Positions 10,137 to 17,963 of a DNA stretch of 64,000 nucleotides are shown here, piece after piece. The DNA lies in assembly GCA_965224825.1 (NCBI GenBank), contig CBDDAG010000001.1, forward strand, positions 691,598-755,597, written 5' to 3'. The position numbers and the translations under genes were made by a program. Position 1 is the first letter of the stretch; every line of letters begins with the position of its first letter. A model generated the notes under the pieces. That model did not search any database. It worked only from the letters and a program-made list of their open reading frames with translations, and was not told the origin of the DNA. The stretch is from Gammaproteobacteria bacterium (lineage in GTDB: Bacteria > Pseudomonadota > Gammaproteobacteria > CAJXQU01).

Positions 10137-11459
10137 TTATCGTTGTAATGCATCCATCGTGTCGGGCAACCAGAGGATCAGTTTTGGGAAAAATGCAATC
10201 AGTAAGATGGCTGCGATCTGGATCATGACAAAGGGGATAATTCCGCGGTAAATTTGCTGGATCCTGATCTCCTTTGGTGCAACAGCTTTCAGGTAAAACA
10301 GGGAAAAGCCGAAGGGTGGGGTCAGGAATGAGGTTTGTAGGTTCACTGCGATCAGGATGGCAAACCAGAGCAAGTCGATTCCCATCTGGCTGGCAATTGG
10401 TGCAAGAATAGGCACGACGATAAAACAGATTTCCAGAAAATCCAGAAAGAATCCCAGAAAGAAGATCAACGCCATGCTGAGAATAATAAATCCCCAGGTT
10501 CCGCCGGGTAGACTGGTGAATAAATTTTCAACCAGCTGATCGCCACCCATTCCTCTGAACACCAGACCGAAAGTTGTTGCACCGATCAGGATCAGAAAAA
10601 CCATACTGGTCAGTCGAGTTGTATGCCGTGAGGCTTCTAATAAATTGCTTAAAGATAATCGTTTATGCAGCGCTGCTAAAATCAATGCGCCGAGTGATCC
10701 AATCGCTGCTGATTCTGTGGGTGAAGCGATACCGAAGAAGATCGATCCGAGTACCGCAATAATTAGAAGCAGTGGAGGCAGGAGGCTCTTAATTACCCGG
10801 CTTGTCATCTTGTCCGTCGAAGAGGATTTGATCGCAGGAGCCGCTTCAGGATTCCGCCAGGCAACATAGCTAATATAGAGAATGAAAAGCAGGATCAGTA
10901 ACAGACCCGGAACGACGGCACCGACGAACAATCGTCCCACCGGAACTCCGATCACATCGGCCAATAAGATTAGAACAATGCTGGGAGGAATAATCTGCCC
11001 AAGTGTCCCAGAGGCAGCTATGGTACCGGTTGCCAGCTCTGGCGAATAATTATGTTTTAACATTGCGGGTAATGCGATCACGCCCATTGTCACGACAGTG
11101 GCTCCAACAACACCGGTGGTCGCTGCGAGTAAAGCGCCGACGATCACGACTGATAATGCCAGACCACCGCGAACTTTTCCGAACAGTAATGCCATCGTCT
11201 CAAGTAGATCTTCTGCCAGGCCAGATTTTTCTAAAACGATTCCCATAAAAATAAATAATGGAACCGCTAATAAAGTAAAATTGGTCATCACGCCCCAGAT
11301 CCGTAAGGGCAATAGTTGAAAGAAATCGAAGCCTAAAAAGATAGTCCCAAACAGAGCGGCGATCGATCCGAGTGTGAAGGCGACGGGGTAACCGATCATC
11401 AAAGCGAGCATGGCGACGGCAAACATGATCAATGCCCAGACTTCCATTGAAAGCATCAT
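10137..11459 (-). CDS. dctM: TRAP transporter large permease DctM
   Basis: 440 aa polytopic membrane protein with typical DctM length and composition. It is translationally coupled to dctQ (ATGA overlap). Confidence 0.85.
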   Translation of the reverse strand: MMLSMEVWALIMFAVAMLALMIGYPVAFTLGSIAALFGTIFLGFDFFQLLPLRIWGVMTNFTLLAVPLFIFMGIVLEKSGLAEDLLETMALLFGKVRGGLALSVVIVGALLAATTGVVGATVVTMGVIALPAMLKHNYSPELATGTIAASGTLGQIIPPSIVLILLADVIGVPVGRLFVGAVVPGLLLILLFILYISYVAWRNPEAAPAIKSSSTDKMTSRVIKSLLPPLLLIIAVLGSIFFGIASPTESAAIGSLGALILAALHKRLSLSNLLEASRHTTRLTSMVFLILIGATTFGLVFRGMGGDQLVENLFTSLPGGTWGFIILSMALIFFLGFFLDFLEICFIVVPILAPIASQMGIDLLWFAILIAVNLQTSFLTPPFGFSLFYLKAVAPKEIRIQQIYRGIIPFVMIQIAAILLIAFFPKLILWLPDTMDALQR

Positions 11460-11980
11460 GTCTGTTTTCCTTGTCTTATGAGATTTATATTTTTCAGAAT
11501 ATCGGCGAGACCCTGCAACATGAGTAAAGAAAATCCGAAAGGGATCATGGCTTTTAAAATCCAGCGATAGGGCAGACCGCCCGGATCAGGTGATGTCTCA
11601 TTGAGTAAAAAAGAATTCTCAACAAAAGGCGATGAGTTGATGATCACCAATAAGCAAAAAGGGATAAGGAAAAACAGGCCGCCGAAAATATTAACCCACG
11701 CTCGATAATGATCACTTAATCGTTCACTTCGGTAGATCAGATCAACTCTGACATGATCATCATGTTTCATTGTATAAGCTGCACCGAGTAAAAATATTAG
11801 TGAGAATAAATGCCACTCCAGTTCCTGTAATGCTATCGATCCGCTCTTAAATATGTAGCGCATGGCAACGTCATAGCTGATCAATAAAACCATGATCACA
11901 ACCAGCCATGCAGTCAGTTTCCCAAGGTTTTCACTGATCCTATTGATGGTTTTGACAAGTGATTGAAGGCTTAATGTCAA
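11456..11980 (-). CDS. dctQ: TRAP transporter small permease DctQ
   Basis: 174 aa with 4 TM helices, immediately upstream of dctM. Confidence 0.7.
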   Translation of the reverse strand: MTLSLQSLVKTINRISENLGKLTAWLVVIMVLLISYDVAMRYIFKSGSIALQELEWHLFSLIFLLGAAYTMKHDDHVRVDLIYRSERLSDHYRAWVNIFGGLFFLIPFCLLVIINSSPFVENSFLLNETSPDPGGLPYRWILKAMIPFGFSLLMLQGLADILKNINLIRQGKQT

Positions 11981-12190
11981 GAGAACTTTATCCCGTTTTA
12001 ATTAAAAAAGTTGTTGACTTATGCACAAAGGTATTTTGAATTGTTACAAAGTTAAACTTGGCAGATATTTTAAGTGTGAAAAATAAAGAAAACATCTTAA
12101 CCATATGATTAATAATGATAAATAGAGAATGTTTATTTTTTGTTCGTTTTAACAGAGTTGTAATAATCATAAGGCTTTCAGGGCTTTGGT

Positions 12191-12281
12191 CGCAGTTTGT
12201 TCACAGAGTTATCCACAGATTCTGTGCATAAAATATTTATCGTTTACAGGTCAATGAGTTAGCTGATCTTGGTAATGATCC
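12191..12281. repeat. direct repeat copy 2 (~90 bp) containing TTATCCACA at 12209-12217
   Basis: cgcagtttgttcacagagttatccacagattctgtg...caatgagttagctgatcttggtaatgatcc, in the same orientation as copy 1. Confidence 0.6.
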
Positions 12282-12312
12282 TCACATACTTTTGCGCCTA
12301 ATTGAACCTTTT

Positions 12313-13122
12313 TCAAGCTGTCTGGTCGTCGAGCCTGTCAGCCATGTGGTTGGCCAGTTTCACGTACTCTGGCATCGTAATCGTATCTGATCGGACTTTG
12401 GGTGAGAGTCCGACTGCTTCAAGATCCTGATCATCAACAAAATCTTTCAATACATTATGCAGTGTTTTACGTCGTTGGCTAAAAGCCTGTTTGACCAGTT
12501 TGCTAAAGAGCTGTTTGTCTTTTAGATGTAAAGGCTGTTTTTTTGGCGTTAAATGAATAATGCTGGACATGACTTTCGGTGGTGGATCAAATGCTTTCGG
12601 TGGCACGTCAAATAAAAATTCGGTGTCACATTGATATTGCAACATCACGGAAAGACGTCCGTATTGTTTTGAACCCGCTTCGGCTGCCATTCGATCGGCA
12701 ACTTCTTTTTGTAGCATAAAAGTCATGTCGGAAATGACGTCGGATTCATCGAGCACAAGGAAGATCAGAGGCGTTGAAATATTGTAGGGCAAGTTCCCGA
12801 TCAGACGGATTTTTTCTTGTTTTTCTACGAGAGATTTAAATGAAAAGTTTAATACGTCGATCTCATGAATACGAAGAACGTCGGGACTAAATTCACGCCG
12901 AAGGTTTGCTGCCAGATCACGATCAAGTTCGATCACATCCAGTGAATCAATTTGTGCCAGTAGTGGTCTGGTGAGAACACCAGTGCCGGGTCCTATTTCG
13001 ACAATGTGTTCGTTTTTTTGCGGAGCAACGGCTGAAATGATCTGATCAATGACGTGTTGATCGGTCAGGAAATGTTGTCCGAAACGTTTTCGTGGGCGAT
13101 GCTTTGGTTGGTCTCTACTCAT
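12313..13122 (-). CDS. rsmA: 16S rRNA (adenine1518/1519-N6)-dimethyltransferase RsmA/KsgA
   Basis: N-terminal KRFGQHFL, the IVEIGPGTGVLT SAM motif, and conserved pdxA-ksgA synteny. Confidence 0.9.
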   Translation of the reverse strand: MSRDQPKHRPRKRFGQHFLTDQHVIDQIISAVAPQKNEHIVEIGPGTGVLTRPLLAQIDSLDVIELDRDLAANLRREFSPDVLRIHEIDVLNFSFKSLVEKQEKIRLIGNLPYNISTPLIFLVLDESDVISDMTFMLQKEVADRMAAEAGSKQYGRLSVMLQYQCDTEFLFDVPPKAFDPPPKVMSSIIHLTPKKQPLHLKDKQLFSKLVKQAFSQRRKTLHNVLKDFVDDQDLEAVGLSPKVRSDTITMPEYVKLANHMADRLDDQTA

Positions 13123-14120
13123 GTGTTATTTTTAGCAGGTATTTCAGAGGCCATTTCAATAGCCATTTCGATCGCAGCACAAAGACTTCCTTCATCAATA
13201 TCACCTGAGCCAGCCAGATCTAAAGCGGTGCCGTGATCAACCGAGGTACGGATGATGGGCAGCCCAAGCGTTACATTCACTGCATCACCAAAGCCCTGAT
13301 GTTTGAGTACAGGAAGTCCCTGATCATGATACATGGCGAGCACCACATCAGTCTGCTCAAGTTGATGTGGTGTGAATGCAGTGTCGGCGGGCAGGGGGCC
13401 ACGAACGTTGACTCCTTCGGCGACAAGTTTTTCCAGCGCCGGAATGATCGTGTCGATTTCTTCCATACCAAGATGTCCGCCTTCGCCAGCATGTGGGTTG
13501 AGTCCGCAAACAGCGATGCGTGGGTTTTCGAGATTGAATCTTGTGCGTAGATCATGATCAAGAATTCGTGTGACCTGAATAATTATATCTTCCGTGATCA
13601 TTCCCGGAATCGCCGAAAGCGGTGCGTGAGTGGTGACCAGTGCGACGCGTAAGGTTGGTGTGGCAAGCATCATGACAGGATGATCGCCACCCGACTTTTC
13701 GGCCAGGTATTCTGTATGGCCGGTGAAAGAAAGCCCTGAGTCGTTGATCACGCCTTTATGTAAAGGTGCGGTGACCATCGCATCAAACAATCCGTTTACG
13801 CAACCGTAACAGGCGGTATCGAGCGTGCTGATCACATATTGAGCATTAGCCTGATCCAGCTCGCCTGGAATGACTTTATTGAGAACAGGTAAAGGTAAAA
13901 CTTTCAGGCTACCGATCTGATATTTTTCTTCAGAGGCAGGATCAAAAGTCTTGATCACCAATGGTAAGTTTCGCTGGTCAGCACGCGCTTGAATAACATC
14001 TGGATCGCCGATAGCAACTATGTCAGCATCAAATTCTTTTTGTGCGATCATGGCACAAAGATCGGGACCAATTCCAGCGGGTTCACCGGAGGTAATAACG
14101 ATACGAACAGGAGTGGTCAA
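13119..14120 (-). CDS. pdxA: 4-hydroxythreonine-4-phosphate dehydrogenase PdxA
   Basis: 333 aa with PdxA signature motifs (TSGEPAGIGPD, HAGEGGHLG, DHGTA). Confidence 0.9.
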   Translation of the reverse strand: MTTPVRIVITSGEPAGIGPDLCAMIAQKEFDADIVAIGDPDVIQARADQRNLPLVIKTFDPASEEKYQIGSLKVLPLPVLNKVIPGELDQANAQYVISTLDTACYGCVNGLFDAMVTAPLHKGVINDSGLSFTGHTEYLAEKSGGDHPVMMLATPTLRVALVTTHAPLSAIPGMITEDIIIQVTRILDHDLRTRFNLENPRIAVCGLNPHAGEGGHLGMEEIDTIIPALEKLVAEGVNVRGPLPADTAFTPHQLEQTDVVLAMYHDQGLPVLKHQGFGDAVNVTLGLPIIRTSVDHGTALDLAGSGDIDEGSLCAAIEMAIEMASEIPAKNNT

Positions 14121-14160
14121 AAGTTAATGCCAGAAGTTAGATGATAGCCAGGCTAACTTA

Positions 14161-15450
14161 TTAACGATACTCAATATAGGCTTCGTCTCGCAGACGGATC
14201 AGCCATGATTGACGTTCTTCTTCGACCTTACGTTTTTTGACTGCTGCCCGAGCTTTGGCCAGAACCAGTTCCTCAGTTCCATCATGTTGACGATGCTCAA
14301 GAACCTGAACCATATGCCAGCCAAACTGGGTTTTGAAAGGTTCGCTGATCTCACCATCCGACAATTGGCCCATTTGTTTTTCGAATACTGGAACCATGTT
14401 ACCGGGACTGCTCCAACCCAGATCGCCACCATCAACAGCAGAGGCACTGTCATCAGAGTTGGAACGCGCGAGTTCACCGAAATCTGCACCTGCTTCAATA
14501 CGTTGTCTGAGTTGTTTGAGTCGAGTTTGTGCATTTTTATCAGTTGTGAGTTCATTGGTTCGGATCAGGATATGTCGAGCATGGGTTTGATCAATCATCT
14601 GTAGATCTGAAGATCGTTTGTCGGTTAGTTTGATGATGTGATAACCGCTACTGTTTTCGATTAAGTCACTTAGGTCACCTTTATTAAGTTCCGATAAGAC
14701 GGAACCGAATATTGATGGGATCTTGCTGGCTTCTTTCCAGCCCATGTCTCCACCGTCAACCGCATTCCCTGCGTCGGAAACTTCAGTGGCTGTCGTCGCA
14801 AAGTCCGCACCAGATTTCAGTTTTTCGAGTACGCTTTCGGCTTCAAATTTTATTTCTTCTTTTTGTTTTTCATCCGCATCATCAGGGATTGAGATCAGGA
14901 TATGTTGAATACGATATTCTTCTATATCATTACCTTGCTGAGATTGTGTCGCAAGATAGTTTTTAACTTCACGATCAGAGACAAAAACTCTGTTATCAAC
15001 CTGTCGTTGACGCAGACGAGTCAGAGTGATCTCATCACGAATATCTTCACGAAATTGGGCAAAATCAAATCCTTCTTTCTCAATCGTTTCACGAAATTGT
15101 TCCAGAGAAATTTTATTTTCAGCAGCAATATTACTAACGGCACGATTGAGCATGCTGTCATCGACGGTTATTCCGATACGATCAGCTGTCTGTAGCTGAA
15201 TATTCATCATGATCAATCTTTCCAGAACCTGTTTTTCCAGGTCGGCACGAGGAGGAAGTTGTGCGCCCCGCGCTGTGGCTTCACCAGCTATCTGTTTAAC
15301 TTTACGTTCCAGTTCACTGGCCATGATCACATCGTCATCAACGACAGCGACAATGGTGTCCAATGGTTCTGAAATGGCATTATTGTGAAAGAAAATTAAT
15401 CCTGCCAGTAGAGGAAAAATTATTTTTTTAAGATTAGTAGTTGAAGTCAT
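14161..15450 (-). CDS. surA: periplasmic chaperone / peptidyl-prolyl isomerase SurA
   Basis: Signal peptide and two parvulin PPIase domains (GGDLGW repeated), with lptD-surA-pdxA synteny. Confidence 0.85.
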   Translation of the reverse strand: MTSTTNLKKIIFPLLAGLIFFHNNAISEPLDTIVAVVDDDVIMASELERKVKQIAGEATARGAQLPPRADLEKQVLERLIMMNIQLQTADRIGITVDDSMLNRAVSNIAAENKISLEQFRETIEKEGFDFAQFREDIRDEITLTRLRQRQVDNRVFVSDREVKNYLATQSQQGNDIEEYRIQHILISIPDDADEKQKEEIKFEAESVLEKLKSGADFATTATEVSDAGNAVDGGDMGWKEASKIPSIFGSVLSELNKGDLSDLIENSSGYHIIKLTDKRSSDLQMIDQTHARHILIRTNELTTDKNAQTRLKQLRQRIEAGADFGELARSNSDDSASAVDGGDLGWSSPGNMVPVFEKQMGQLSDGEISEPFKTQFGWHMVQVLEHRQHDGTEELVLAKARAAVKKRKVEEERQSWLIRLRDEAYIEYR

Positions 15451-15498
15451 AAATGTATTGTAAGTTCTGGTTTATATCTGGGTAAAGTTCAGGAAGAG

Positions 15499-17778
15499 TT
15501 AAAACTCGTAATGATAGCCAGGAATATTCAGCTCTAAAAAGTCTCTTGTTTTGCGACCAAATCCGGCCAGTCCCTTCATTTCAAATTGTAAGAAAATGGC
15601 ATTATCAAAGTCGCCTTCTGTATTACGTAAAAAGTGTCTGCCGACGATCCTCGTTGCCCAACAGCAACTATTATATTCAAGACCTAACAAACTTTCGATA
15701 GTTCGATCATTTTGCAGTGAATAATTGAAGCGTCCGACAACACTCCAGTTTGGGTTCACCGGCCAGCGCATAGAAAAATCAACTTGTTCGATATCAACAA
15801 TGTCTTTGCGCATGCGGTAGGCAGCATTAAAAACAGTATCTCTACGAGGTTGATAACGCATGTTTAATGATGACAATTCGGTTCGGTTATCATGAGGGTT
15901 CCATTGTAGGTCATAGCGTGTTGTCCAGTGGTCACTCAGGCTTAAAGTTGCCTGGGTAACAATATCGGATGAATTTGTTGTTTCGACCAATTGTCCTGGT
16001 ATGGTTACTTCGCGATCTCTGAAGTATTGAATTTGACCAACGCTAACGCTGATCTTTTCCCGACCGGAAACTTTATCAATCAAACGGCTGGTCAGGGCGA
16101 TAGTGAGTTGGTTCGCATCACCAACACGATCAGCGGCATTAAAACGATCATCCCTGAACAATTGTGCAAAAGAGGTATCAAATGCACCGGTATCAAAAAT
16201 TGGAATATCTGCCTGATCAGATTCAGGAATATATAAATAAAACAGTCGTGGTTCCAAAGTATGTAGATATTGCGATTCGCCGAAGGCCAGATCGCCTTCA
16301 AAGAATAAGCCACTATCAAGACTCAAGATCGGTAAGGTTCGATCAGGAGAGTCAGTAACCCCATCATCACGATCAAGGAAATATTGTGTATGACGTAATT
16401 TCAGGCGTGGAACGATGAATGATCCAACATTTCTGATCGGGAAACTAACTTCCGGCATCAGATCAAATCGTCCACCGTTGATACTATTTGTGCGATCAAA
16501 ATAAACGGCCTCGCTGCTAATCTTATAATTTAGCTGTTTATTTTTCTGTGGAAAATGTGTGCGGAAAAGAAACTGTGGTAATCGATCATAAGGTTGTTGC
16601 TCATCTAACAGACTGTTATCTACGTTTTGATAACTCTGGAGTCGGCTCAACATGCTCCACCAACCGCCGTTCCAGGTAACGTCAGCGCGCCGATCCAGTA
16701 GACGCTGACTGGTTATATTGATACTGGTACTCAGATCTTCGAAATACTCTTTGTCAGAAACCTGATTGAAATCGATAAATAAACGGCCACGACCAGTAGC
16801 AAAAGATTTTTCTATTTCCGCATCAAATAAATATCGATCATCATCTTCGAAACGACTATCAGATGGCATGTATTCTAATTCTAACGTGCCTTTACCGGTT
16901 GGTTGAAGATAACGAAACTGCGTGCCCAACATGACACCTCGATCACCAAGAATTCTGGGCGTGATCGTCGCATCTTTATTTCCAGAAATATTCCAGTAAT
17001 AAGGTGTGCGAATATCAAAGCCAGAATCTTTTGTTGTGCCGATCGTCATCGGTAGAAATCCGGACATTCGTTCTTCGGTCAGCGGGAAGCTGATATATGG
17101 GATATAAAAGACCGGAACATCTTTAATTTTTAAAACGGTGTGCAGTGCACGTCCAAAGTTGGCATCGTGATCAAGCTTCAGGTTTTTGGCTTTTAAACGC
17201 CAGGGAGCTTCATCATCAGGGCCGCCGGGGCAGGTGGTGTATTCGACATTCTTCATTCGGGTAATATTTGGCCCCGGTTGATCAACAATTCTTTCAGCCT
17301 TGCCATGACCACGTCTATCCAACAGACGGTAATCACCTTTTCCAAAGGTAGAAACATCTTGATCACGATCAATGGTTGCCTCTTCACCATGCCAGTAAAG
17401 TCCTTCTGTCCAGAATTTCACATCACCTTCAACATTCAGGTTGGCTTTCGATTCATCATAAATCGCATGTTGGGCAAAGATAGTGTTGGCATTATGTCGA
17501 ACCTCAACATTTCCGGAAAGTGTTGTAACGCCTTCCTGAGTGACCTCCATCTCATTTGCATCGATTGATGTTGCATCCAGTTCAAGAACACTTTCAGTTT
17601 TCTTCAGTCGCCATGCAGCATCGGCAGACTCTTCACCGCATAGTTTCCACAGCTCACGATTAGCAACATCTCCAGCCATTGTCGATCTGCATATAAACAG
17701 GACAACGAAAGTGAGACAGATCGTAGTTCTATGGAGATTTTTTGACGTGATCGATGTTTTCAAGAAGTATGTTGGCAA
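15499..17778 (-). CDS. lptD: LPS assembly outer-membrane protein LptD
   Basis: 759 aa. Family assignment rests mainly on size and position upstream of surA. The leader before the predicted signal is unusually long. Confidence 0.85.
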   Translation of the reverse strand: MPTYFLKTSITSKNLHRTTICLTFVVLFICRSTMAGDVANRELWKLCGEESADAAWRLKKTESVLELDATSIDANEMEVTQEGVTTLSGNVEVRHNANTIFAQHAIYDESKANLNVEGDVKFWTEGLYWHGEEATIDRDQDVSTFGKGDYRLLDRRGHGKAERIVDQPGPNITRMKNVEYTTCPGGPDDEAPWRLKAKNLKLDHDANFGRALHTVLKIKDVPVFYIPYISFPLTEERMSGFLPMTIGTTKDSGFDIRTPYYWNISGNKDATITPRILGDRGVMLGTQFRYLQPTGKGTLELEYMPSDSRFEDDDRYLFDAEIEKSFATGRGRLFIDFNQVSDKEYFEDLSTSINITSQRLLDRRADVTWNGGWWSMLSRLQSYQNVDNSLLDEQQPYDRLPQFLFRTHFPQKNKQLNYKISSEAVYFDRTNSINGGRFDLMPEVSFPIRNVGSFIVPRLKLRHTQYFLDRDDGVTDSPDRTLPILSLDSGLFFEGDLAFGESQYLHTLEPRLFYLYIPESDQADIPIFDTGAFDTSFAQLFRDDRFNAADRVGDANQLTIALTSRLIDKVSGREKISVSVGQIQYFRDREVTIPGQLVETTNSSDIVTQATLSLSDHWTTRYDLQWNPHDNRTELSSLNMRYQPRRDTVFNAAYRMRKDIVDIEQVDFSMRWPVNPNWSVVGRFNYSLQNDRTIESLLGLEYNSCCWATRIVGRHFLRNTEGDFDNAIFLQFEMKGLAGFGRKTRDFLELNIPGYHYEF

Positions 17779-17963
17779 CTGTCGCCGTTAAGAGTAAGTA
17801 GAACGTCATATTCTACCCTTTGAGACACATACTATAAAGCTATGATATTCAGATAAGATGATCTTATATTTTCAGCTTTTTGAAACCTGTAACCAGAACG
17901 ATCAATCAGTAAGAGTGGCGGACAGACAGCCTGATTTGCTGACGTTGTCCTTCACAAACTTTT

